Below, piece after piece: positions 26,709 to 36,200 of a DNA stretch of 64,000 nt. The notes below the pieces were generated by a model. It did no database searches, was not told the DNA's origin, and saw only the letters and a list, made by a program, of their open reading frames with translations. How positions within the stretch are numbered: the first letter of the stretch is position 1; each line of letters begins with the position of its first letter. The stretch is from a virus, in the IMG/VR virus record IMGVR_UViG_3300045971_000385, positions 1-64,000 of that record, one strand, 5' to 3'. The position numbers and the translations under genes are program-made.

Positions 26709-28385
26709 ATGTTAAAATTATTACAAGAAGCAAGTACACTTAGCATGCCAGATATCAAAAAGGCTATGTCTAAGGATAAGCAAGCATCCCTCATATTCAA
26801 GAAAGATTTAACACTCGATAAAATCGATAATGTTGAATCTTTTCTTTCATCTATAAAATATTATCTTTTAAATAACGATAATATCCACTCATTTATTAAA
26901 TCACGCAACAATATAAAAGACGTAGATACTTCTTATTTGGCTAGCGTTCGCAAAATGAGAGCTGAAAAATTCAATCAGGAAGAATTAGATCATTTAAAAC
27001 AATTTGTTTCAGATCTGTTTAAAGAATATAAGACTGTTTCTAATGGAACAATGTCATCTGATCTCAAAAAAGAAATAACAAAATGGGTGAATAGTAATAG
27101 TTCCTATTTTAATTTTACTCACTGGGCGCAAAAAGAATTACAATCGCTACCAGCAATAAGGCCAACAAAGAAAGTTGTGCTTTATAGAGGTGTATTGTTT
27201 TCAGAATATTCTTTAAAATCTAAAATTGATACATACGATGGTTCTTTAGAAGAAGGTAATGGCGCGAAGTTTTTAAAATCAATAAGAGATGATAATAGAA
27301 CTGTCGATTTAACATGGGATAGAGCATCAAGCTGGACATCCGATAAATCTGTTGCTGAACAGTTTGCAAAATATGGTGCTGCATCTTCGCAATTTGGTGC
27401 AATGTTACAATGGTTTGATAGAAATAAATCTAAGAAATTCATAGATGGTTCTCTAGGTTATGTCATATCAACTTTAGCAGATCCAGCAGATATTCTTATA
27501 GATATGAATATGATGTCTGCCTCTATCCATTCGGCTCATGGCAATGAATCGGAAGTTATTATGAATCCTGGAACATATCTTTGCCGAGTAGTTAGAAAGT
27601 TTACAGTAGAAGGCGAAGTTGATCCGGATACTGTTCCTTCTGTTGAAAATATTGACAATATAAAGGGAGCGTTAGAGCTTCTTGATACCTTTGTTAAAGA
27701 GATCAAACTCCCAGATGAAGTTGAACTATCGTATATGGGCTATCATGGCAGTGCTTCTATCTTATCGAATGATAATCTTAAAAAATTAATACTTAATAGC
27801 TCAACAACAATTGCTACACATTATCTTGATAAATTTTTAGGCTTCTATAGAAAACATCTTAATGATATCCCAGATTCAGATTTAAGAGCAGATAGATTCA
27901 GTGATCCAATTATAGCTAGAAGAGCCAGTGCTCTAAAAGATCTTATTAGAGAATTTAAATCACCGATTGTTCATGCTAAATTTAAAGATAATCCTAAAAG
28001 CAAAGGTAAGACACATGAATTGTCTGCAGAAGAAATTCGCAAAAATTTTAATAATGCTGATATAGAGTATCTTGAACAGAATTTGTTAGTAAAGGGTATT
28101 ATTACTAGTGATGCCGCCGCTAGATTGCTTGTTGAGTTAGGCAGGGTACTAGATGTTCCATTACCAGCAGCACATGTTATAGTTAGAATGGGTAATGCAA
28201 AACAGAGTGAATTAATAAAGAAAGTATTGGATAAATTTTACAATAAGGTTGGAGTTTATGAACCCGCTGATAAGCATGAATCAATAAAAACAATGATCAA
28301 TTTATTAAAGAAAGCTAATAGAAACAATGCTACTCTTAATTTTATAAATAAGATTTACAAATCAATGGAACAAGTAAATGCTTAA
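26709..28385 (+). CDS. putative ADP-ribosyltransferase (R-S-E class), Alt-like head protein
   Basis: VVLYRG ... ASSWTSD...A..FA ... NESEVIM; MLKLLQE N-terminus. Confidence 0.65.
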   Translation: MLKLLQEASTLSMPDIKKAMSKDKQASLIFKKDLTLDKIDNVESFLSSIKYYLLNNDNIHSFIKSRNNIKDVDTSYLASVRKMRAEKFNQEELDHLKQFVSDLFKEYKTVSNGTMSSDLKKEITKWVNSNSSYFNFTHWAQKELQSLPAIRPTKKVVLYRGVLFSEYSLKSKIDTYDGSLEEGNGAKFLKSIRDDNRTVDLTWDRASSWTSDKSVAEQFAKYGAASSQFGAMLQWFDRNKSKKFIDGSLGYVISTLADPADILIDMNMMSASIHSAHGNESEVIMNPGTYLCRVVRKFTVEGEVDPDTVPSVENIDNIKGALELLDTFVKEIKLPDEVELSYMGYHGSASILSNDNLKKLILNSSTTIATHYLDKFLGFYRKHLNDIPDSDLRADRFSDPIIARRASALKDLIREFKSPIVHAKFKDNPKSKGKTHELSAEEIRKNFNNADIEYLEQNLLVKGIITSDAAARLLVELGRVLDVPLPAAHVIVRMGNAKQSELIKKVLDKFYNKVGVYEPADKHESIKTMINLLKKANRNNATLNFINKIYKSMEQVNA

Positions 28386-29721
28386 ATTATTATGCGAGAT
28401 TAATGAAATTGCTAGTATACCAGAACTACTGCTATTAGAAGATCAACTGTCAACTGATGCGCTAGCTAAACAGATAGTCGTTCAATTAAAAGATGCTGGT
28501 ATTGAAGCTGCTTCCATTTTTAAAAAATCATCTGGCACAGTAAGACATGTAAGATTAAAATCAGAAGATCCAGTATCAGCATTTAAATCAATTAATGTAA
28601 AATTGGATTTGATGCCAGGTTCAAAAATAGCAACTGGAAAAGCTTCCAATCAAACATTCTTAGCAACACTATCCAAATCAAGTGGTGATTTTAAGAAGGG
28701 TGATACTTTCTATGTTGTTAATACATATTCAGCTGGGTCCAAGATTGGAAGTAAATTACTTACACCATCTAAATTAGGCTTAGAGGCAGAAGATTTTATT
28801 GCTACATCTAAAATTATGTCAATGACTAAAGCCGCATTGAAAGATTTAGAATGCTTTTCTCCAGAAGAGCTACAATATTTTACGAAACTATTATCTTTAG
28901 GTAAAGCAGATACGCATGAAATCGTCGCCCCAAGTACATTAAGTACTGATGACTTAAATAGAATTGGTATAGACTTTGGTGAAATATTTGGGGCTGTTTG
29001 GTATTCAAAAAAGACTGGGATGGGAAACATATTATTTCCTAAAGGAAATAATCCTTTAATTGATTTTGAATTAAGTGACGGAACAAATGAGAAGATGGTG
29101 TCTTCAAAATCTGGTACTGGTGCCCCTCCATCTTTAGATGCTGTTATGACCCAAATTGAATTAGATAAAAAATACTTCAATAAAAAATACGGTAAAAATA
29201 TTGTTGATGCTTTATTGTTAATACAAAATTCATCTACTGTAGATGGTCCATTACTAGCAGCTCAGGCATTAGATACTCCTGGATATAAAAAGCTTTCTAG
29301 CATGATGAAATCAACTGACATGTCTTCTGCATCTGTTGAAAGATATCTAGCTAAATTTGAAACTAAAGAAGATCTAGTTAAAGCTATGGCTCCATTCTTT
29401 AAATTAATAAAGAGAAATACATCAGATGAATCACTAAATATTATCTTCAACCAAGGTCAACGTCGCATCGGCATAGTAACTGCTCAATTAGCAAACTATC
29501 TATGTGATCTGTTTAATTATGATGAAGATTATACAATTTTTAATGACTTATTAAATGAAGCTGTTAGAAGAATAAAAGTAGATCAGCTTTATACGAACGT
29601 CAAATCTGATGGTATTGAGTTTATTATGAAGGCTTTTGAGACAGGTACCTTCAGCTGGATAAATAATAGTAGCACCCGAAAGCCTTCTTTAAAGAAAATT
29701 GCTTTCAAAATGTCAAAGTAA
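28378..29721 (+). CDS. hypothetical protein, possible PD-(D/E)xK-like nuclease
   Basis: DFGEIFG ... FPKGNNPLIDF ... VSSKSG; MLKLLCEINE N-terminus. Confidence 0.55.
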   Translation: MLKLLCEINEIASIPELLLLEDQLSTDALAKQIVVQLKDAGIEAASIFKKSSGTVRHVRLKSEDPVSAFKSINVKLDLMPGSKIATGKASNQTFLATLSKSSGDFKKGDTFYVVNTYSAGSKIGSKLLTPSKLGLEAEDFIATSKIMSMTKAALKDLECFSPEELQYFTKLLSLGKADTHEIVAPSTLSTDDLNRIGIDFGEIFGAVWYSKKTGMGNILFPKGNNPLIDFELSDGTNEKMVSSKSGTGAPPSLDAVMTQIELDKKYFNKKYGKNIVDALLLIQNSSTVDGPLLAAQALDTPGYKKLSSMMKSTDMSSASVERYLAKFETKEDLVKAMAPFFKLIKRNTSDESLNIIFNQGQRRIGIVTAQLANYLCDLFNYDEDYTIFNDLLNEAVRRIKVDQLYTNVKSDGIEFIMKAFETGTFSWINNSSTRKPSLKKIAFKMSK

Positions 29722-29744
29722 GTTTTAAATTATAAGGATGTAAG

Positions 29745-29927
29745 ATGGACAAAAATGATTATCTAGAATTTCAGCCTAAACGTCAATTAGATAAAAAGAA
29801 GCGTCATAAATCTGGCTTCAATGAAAATGTTCAGGATGACAGAAAAGCGAGAATAGGCTTTAAGAATTACATTCGTCAAATAGAAGAAGAAGATCTTCTA
29901 GAAGATGACGATGAACAGGATGAATAA
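29745..29927 (+). CDS. small charged hypothetical protein
   Basis: AAGGA RBS; basic N-half, acidic C-tail. Confidence 0.65.
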   Translation: MDKNDYLEFQPKRQLDKKKRHKSGFNENVQDDRKARIGFKNYIRQIEEEDLLEDDDEQDE

Positions 29928-30418
29928 TGATTATTGTTCCCATCGCAAAAGACCTCATCGAGACAGATGATGGAAAATATCGTGTTATTGAATATACAAA
30001 TTTCAAATCGGGCGGTCCAGCTGTCTACGTTAAAGTAAACGGCACAAAAGATATCATCATAATTTACTTTTTTGATATTAAATCTATCAATGGAACTAAA
30101 GTTGAGTATCAATCATCATCTAAATGCTTCAATGCTTTAGGTAAGATTGCCAGAGAACAGCATCTACCACAACCTGATGATAAAATAGTTGTATTAACTG
30201 ATGGCATAGATGATGAAGATTTGAAAGAAACATCCGAGGTTGTTGGTGTTAAATTAAAATCTAAATCATTAGGCGCAAATAAGGGTATGTTTGTTAAGGA
30301 TGCTAATGGAAAGTATTTCAGACTAAAACAAATTCTAGATATAAAACCATCTTTAGGTGGTAATTCATTTGATAGAGATTTATTCCTGTCAATTTATAAA
30401 GATTACATTGGGGTTTAA
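29927..30418 (+). CDS. hypothetical protein
   Basis: TAATG-coupled. Confidence 0.75.
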   Translation: MIIVPIAKDLIETDDGKYRVIEYTNFKSGGPAVYVKVNGTKDIIIIYFFDIKSINGTKVEYQSSSKCFNALGKIAREQHLPQPDDKIVVLTDGIDDEDLKETSEVVGVKLKSKSLGANKGMFVKDANGKYFRLKQILDIKPSLGGNSFDRDLFLSIYKDYIGV

Positions 30419-30421
30419 AGC

Positions 30422-30607
30422 ATGGCAAAAATATTAGGCAATGATGTTGTCACCACAGAAGAATTTAATAATTTTAAAGCTTCATTCTTGGTACCTCATA
30501 TTAATAAAACAAACGGTCTTATTGCTAAATTGAAAATTTTTGCAATAGGTTTTGGAGTCATGGCTTCTGCGCTAGCTGTTATAGTGGTTTTATTGATAAA
30601 TAAATAA
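30422..30607 (+). CDS. small protein with C-terminal TM helix
   Basis: IFAIGFGVMASALAVIVVLLI. Confidence 0.65.
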   Translation: MAKILGNDVVTTEEFNNFKASFLVPHINKTNGLIAKLKIFAIGFGVMASALAVIVVLLINK

Positions 30608-30628
30608 ACGACTACTTACGGGTTTCCC

Positions 30629-30850
30629 ATGTCTAAAAAATTCGGTTTCATTTCTCACATAGTAGAAGATTCTATATCTCCTAAGATAAAATATCAAGTA
30701 TTTGAGGCAGAGTTGGGCTTTGAACATGCTGAAGTTTTAATACCATTTGATAAGGCCGATGACTTCGTTAAAGAATCAGAATCATTAGCTCCTAAAAGTT
30801 TAACAGCATTATCTAAAATTGCTGCTAAATTTGGAGGAAGCATTAAATGA
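30629..30850 (+). CDS. hypothetical late protein
   Basis: AATAAATA at 30599-30606 upstream. Confidence 0.65.
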   Translation: MSKKFGFISHIVEDSISPKIKYQVFEAELGFEHAEVLIPFDKADDFVKESESLAPKSLTALSKIAAKFGGSIK

Positions 30851-31716
30851 GTGTGTTACAATTATTTTCAAACAACGGTGTTTCATTACTTAACGCCGAT
30901 ATAACAGCATTTGACTTAACGATAGTATTACAACCTGGGGCTGGACAGCATTTTCCAAGACCATTGCTTCCCGGTGAATTCTTTTTAGTTACGTTAGAAG
31001 ATTTAGCTTCACCATCCATAAGAGAAATAATTAAAATAATTGGAAGAACGGGTGATATACTCTTCATTGATCCTGCAGGTAGAGCATTTGAACAAACAAT
31101 AGCAAGAGCTTGGCTTGCAAATGATACATTAGTTGATCACAGGGTAACCGCTGAAACAATGCGACAAGCATTCCTTCAGCCAGTTTCTTCTGGTTCTGGT
31201 ACACCGGGTCCTAAGGGGGATACTGGAGATACTGGTCCTAAAGGCGATGTCGGCGAACAAGGTATTCAGGGTGAACCCGGACCTAAGGGAGACACTGGTA
31301 GTCAAGGCCCTAAGGGTGACACTGGAGATGTAGGACCTCAGGGTCCTAAAGGAGATCCAGGTACCGGTACTGGAGGTGGTGGCTTGACGCCAACAGATCC
31401 AATAGTCGTTGAGCATGGTTGGACAGTACCAATTATCGACATTACATATTCAGACTTTAAGCGTGGTAATAAATTTTGGGTAACAGTCTATGATGCAGCA
31501 AGCGGTTTTGCTGAAACATTCGAAGTACTAACGGTCATTCAGGGACATCTATCTGCTAACACAGAAATAGTTACTTGGGCAAAGACTAACAGAATAGGAC
31601 ATAAATTTAATGGAGATATATTATTAACGTTAGATCAACCATTAAATAAATTAACATTTTCCTGGATTAACAATGAACCTGTAACAGATGTTATAGTCAC
31701 TCTAATCCACATATAA
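30847..31716 (+). CDS. virion/tail-fibre protein with collagen-like segment
   Basis: 18 consecutive G-X-Y triplets; in structural cluster. Confidence 0.8.
   Translation: MSVLQLFSNNGVSLLNADITAFDLTIVLQPGAGQHFPRPLLPGEFFLVTLEDLASPSIREIIKIIGRTGDILFIDPAGRAFEQTIARAWLANDTLVDHRVTAETMRQAFLQPVSSGSGTPGPKGDTGDTGPKGDVGEQGIQGEPGPKGDTGSQGPKGDTGDVGPQGPKGDPGTGTGGGGLTPTDPIVVEHGWTVPIIDITYSDFKRGNKFWVTVYDAASGFAETFEVLTVIQGHLSANTEIVTWAKTNRIGHKFNGDILLTLDQPLNKLTFSWINNEPVTDVIVTLIHI
31198..31359 (+). repeat. collagen-like (Gly-X-Y)18 coding repeat
   Basis: [54 protein letters not shown]. Confidence 0.9.
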
Positions 31717-31736
31717 TACATAACATATAGCAATTC

Positions 31737-31744
31737 AATAAATA
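31737..31744 (+). promoter_or_regulatory. late-type promoter AATAAATA
   Basis: upstream of tail-fibre operon. Confidence 0.6.
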
Positions 31745-31793
31745 ATTTATTATTCAAACAGCTCTAATTTAGAGCACTAAAAAGGGAGTCCTT

Positions 31794-33194
31794 ATGTCAC
31801 AAGATTTTTTCCGCGTCGAACGTGGTGTTGAGTTAGATGAATCAGTTCAAATGTTGCAAGGCGCGGGAGCTCCTGGTGCAGCTGGTGATTCTTCTTTAGC
31901 GCCAGTAGGTTCAACATATCAAGATAATTCAACTGGTGATCTTTATACAAAGATTACTGCTGGTGTTGGTACCAATAAATGGCAAAAAATGGCTTCAGAG
32001 TCATATGTTAATAATGCTGTTGGTGCTACAGTTTCATGGCGGGAACCTGCATTAGTACGTGATAACGTAGCTACTGTTGTTCCAGCTGGTGTTGCAACAT
32101 CTCCAATCGTTGTTGATGGTGTTTCAGTTACTGACGGTCAACGAGTATTATTCTCAGCTATTACTGGTGGTAATGGTAAAAATGTCTACATTTATAATCA
32201 AGCAACTGGATTATTCGTTGAAGATGTAAACCAAGAATCAACTGGTGATGCTGCTTACGTTCAATCTGGTACATCTGCCGGTAAAACTTACATCTATAAT
32301 GGTTCAGCATGGGTACAATCTGATCAAGCTTCTTTAGATGAACTTGGATTTATCCGAGCTTTCATTGGTAAAGGTGCTGCTGGTGCAGAATCAACTGGAT
32401 TCTCATCTACTAATTTCGTTTCAGATGGCACTTCACTTGAAACTGCAGTTGGTGCATTAGATGCAGAAGTTGGTCCAAATGTATCTCTTGGCAACTACAT
32501 CGTTCCAGCTAATAAAGTAAATGGAAACATTCAAGCTTTAGATACTGCGATTGGTGCAAACGTTTCAGCTGGTAATCACATCACCCCAGCTAATAAAGTT
32601 CAACAGAACATTCAAGCTTTAGATACACAAGTTGGTGCTGAGTTAGCTGTTGGTAATTTCATCACTGCTAATCAATCAACTAATTCTGCTATCACAGCTT
32701 TAGATGCTGAGTTTGGTGCAAACGTTGTTAATGGTAATTTCGTAACAGCTGCATCAAAAGTCAATGCAAATATTCAAGCTTTAGATACACAGATTGGTGC
32801 TAATGTTGTTACTGGAACATATGTAAGCCCAGCCAATTCAACAAATGCAAACATTCAAGCTCTTGACACAGCACTTTCAGTAACTACTCTTGAAACTGCC
32901 GTAACAAATGTAACGTCAATTCAAACAATCGATTCAGTTGCTGGTGGTTTAGGTGCTAAATGGTTGGTTAGAGTTGTAGATGCAGCGGACTCTACACGTG
33001 TCTATGCAACTGAAGTTTATGCAGTTGATAATGGTGTTTCAGCAGACTATACTCGTTATGCAACATTGAAAATCGGTAGCAATATTGCTGGTTTATCAGT
33101 CACTGTTGATCTTAGCGGTGGTGCATTGAGATTAAGAGTTGCGTCAACAGCAGCTGTTAATGTTTTGGCTCGTCGTGTAGGTGTTTTTGCTTAA
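31794..33194 (+). CDS. virion structural / fibre protein with 27-aa repeats
   Basis: six ALD-centred repeats (e.g. NIQALDTxIGANV) at 81-nt period; GGGAG RBS. Confidence 0.8.
   Translation: MSQDFFRVERGVELDESVQMLQGAGAPGAAGDSSLAPVGSTYQDNSTGDLYTKITAGVGTNKWQKMASESYVNNAVGATVSWREPALVRDNVATVVPAGVATSPIVVDGVSVTDGQRVLFSAITGGNGKNVYIYNQATGLFVEDVNQESTGDAAYVQSGTSAGKTYIYNGSAWVQSDQASLDELGFIRAFIGKGAAGAESTGFSSTNFVSDGTSLETAVGALDAEVGPNVSLGNYIVPANKVNGNIQALDTAIGANVSAGNHITPANKVQQNIQALDTQVGAELAVGNFITANQSTNSAITALDAEFGANVVNGNFVTAASKVNANIQALDTQIGANVVTGTYVSPANSTNANIQALDTALSVTTLETAVTNVTSIQTIDSVAGGLGAKWLVRVVDAADSTRVYATEVYAVDNGVSADYTRYATLKIGSNIAGLSVTVDLSGGALRLRVASTAAVNVLARRVGVFA
32410..32875 (+). repeat. about six degenerate 81-nt tandem coding repeats
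   Basis: GALDAEVG/QALDTAIG/QALDTQVG/TALDAEFG/QALDTQIG/QALDTALS; boundaries approximate. Confidence 0.75.
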
Positions 33195-33218
33195 TTAACC
33201 AAATAAAGGTCGTGCTTC

Positions 33219-36200
33219 ATGGCAGATATCAGTCTCTCTTTTTCAGCTGAAGGCGGTATCAGCCTTGATGATTTGGTTGGAATTTTTACAGGAACAATCG
33301 ATCCTAGTGTAACGGGGGAAGTAGCCCCAATAGGATCGATATTTGTAAGACAGAATGGCCAGCTCTATCAAAAGACTGGCAGTCTTAATACTGATTGGAT
33401 AAGATTTTCACAGGGCTTGGGCGAAGCAGTTAAAATATCAGCAACTGATACAACATCAGGATATTTAAATGCTAAACTAACTGTGAGCAGTTCTATAGTT
33501 AAATCAGTAGGTTCTCCAAGTGGGAACGAAACACTCAATTTAGATTTAGCAAATGTCGGTACAGCAGGCACCTATACTTCTGTCACCACCAATGCTAAGG
33601 GTCAAATAATAGCAGGTACAAATCCAGGATTCTTAACGGCAAATCAGAATATTACTATTTCTGGCGATGCTACAGGTTCTGGTACAAATTCAATTCCTAT
33701 TACGTTAGTTGATACTGGCGTAGTAGCAGGTGCATATTCAAACAGTAATATCTCTGTTGACAGTAAAGGTCGTATAACTTCAGCAACAGATGGTATGAGC
33801 GGCACTGACACCGCACCATTTAAATCTAAAACTAATGCTCAGTCGGGTGCCCCAGGTAACGGACTTATTATCTGGAATAATGCTGTACTTGATTCTGCAA
33901 CTTCAGTTAATATCAGCACGCTCACGTCAAATGGTGTGAATGTTTCTGCATACTTTGCTTTACTTAAAACTAATACCACTTTATATTTCCAAGAGAAAGC
34001 TAGTGGTCAGAATTATCAAAGATGGTTAATCAACTCAATCACCAATAATTCTACATACTATACTTTTGGTGTAACACTGCTTGATAGTTCACCATTTAGT
34101 ATTAGCAATAATAAAGATATGGTGATCGCAATAGGAACAGTTGGTAGTGCTACATATGTTTCTTCTGTTAGTGCGTCTGCTCCAGCAGCTGGGTTTACAA
34201 TTAGTGGTTCTCCTATTACTACAACGGGCACATTTACTTTTGCCTTGGCAGATGATTTAGCTGCGGTTGAGGGAATCGCTACAACAGGTCTTGCTACAAG
34301 AACGGCTGCTAATACTTGGACTGCTAGAACTATTGCTGGAACTGCTGCTAGAATTTCAGTAGCTAATGGCGATGGAGTTGCTAGCAATCCAACGATAGAT
34401 ATATCATCTAATTATGCTGGTCAGGCATCTATTACTACACTTGGAACTATTACTACTGGCACATGGCAAGGTACCACCATCGCAACCGCTAATGGTGGTA
34501 CTGGTAGAACTTCTATAGGAACAGCAAATCAATTATTGGGTGTAAACACTGCGGGTTCAGCATTAGAATATAAAACACTTCAAGTAGGAACCGGTTTAAA
34601 TATTGCTCTTGCATCTAATTTAATTACGCTTACAAATACTGGTGTGACATCTATAGCAGGAACAGCAAATCAAATAACTGCAAGTGCTGCTACTGGTGCT
34701 GTAACTTTATCATTGCCGCAAAGCATTGCTACTATATCATCACCAACTTTTGCGCAATTAACTGTTGGATCTGATCCAACATTACCGCTCCAAGTTGCAA
34801 CTAAGCAATATGTTGATAATGCAATTCAAGGTTTCAAACCAAAACAGAGTGTTAGAGCTGCTACCACCGTACAAATTTCATTAGTAGGTGCACAAACTAT
34901 TGATGGTGTTTCAGTCATTACTGGTGATAGAGTTATGGTTAAAAACCAAACATTACCAGCAGAGAATGGTATCTATATTGTAGCAGCAGCATGGGTAAGA
35001 GCTACAGATATGGATGTATGGTCAGAAGTTCCAGGAACATTCGTACTTGTTGAAGAAGGGACTACTCAAGCAGATACAGCATGGGTGTCAACAGCTAACC
35101 AAGGTGGAACAATAGGAACAACAGCTATAACTTGGGTACAATTTAGTTCAATGGCGGACGTTATAGCCGGAACCGGTCTTTCAAAGACTGGTAATACTCT
35201 GTCAATTACTAATTTAGGAACCGCTGGATCTTACAATAATGTTACAACGAATGCACAAGGTCAGGTAGTTAGTGGTTCAAATGTAGCATACATTACGGGT
35301 AATCAAACAATCGTTTTATCTGGTGACATTACTGGTTCTGGCACAAATGCTATTGGTACAACTTTGTCTGCTACTGGAGTAACAGCTGGAACATATAAGT
35401 CAGTTACAGTTGATGCTAAAGGCAGAATTTCTGCCGGCACAAATCCAACTACATTAGCTGGATTTGGTATTGTTGATGCACAACCACTAAATGCATATCT
35501 TACATCTGAGTCTGCTCTTGCTACTAGCGGAATCGTTGTTAAAAATGGTTCAACAGCTTTAACACGCTCTATAGCAGTAGGCTCAACAAAATTATCAATT
35601 GCAAATGCGGATGGTATTGCTGGTAACCCAACATTGGATGTAGTTGAATCAAACTTAACTCTTAATAATTTAGGTGGAACATTAGGAACAAATAAAGGCG
35701 GTACTGGTTTAGCAGCTATAGGTACCTCTAATCAAATTTTGGGCGTAAATGCTGGAGCCACGGGATTAGAATATAAATCAATTATTGCAGGAACAGGAAT
35801 AACTCTAGCTCAAGCTGCTGGATCAGTTACAATTTCTGCTTCTACTGGTTCAGTAACTTCTGTTGCAGCTACTGGTTCAACTGGTTTAGTTGTGGGTGGT
35901 TCGCCAATCACAACAGCTGGTACATTAACATTTACTCTCGGTTCAGAATTACAGGGATTATCTGGATTATCAGCATTAGGAATAGTAACTAGAACTGCTA
36001 CTGGTACATACACAGCTAGATCGATTACCTCTGGTGTAGGAACAATAACAATAACGAATCCTTTAGGAACAGCTGGTAATTTTGGTTTAGATTTAACAAC
36101 TATAGGAACAGCTGGAACATATAAATCTGTTACAACAGATGCATTTGGTCGAGTGACATCAGGTACTAATCCAACTACTTTAGGTGGATACGGAATTACA

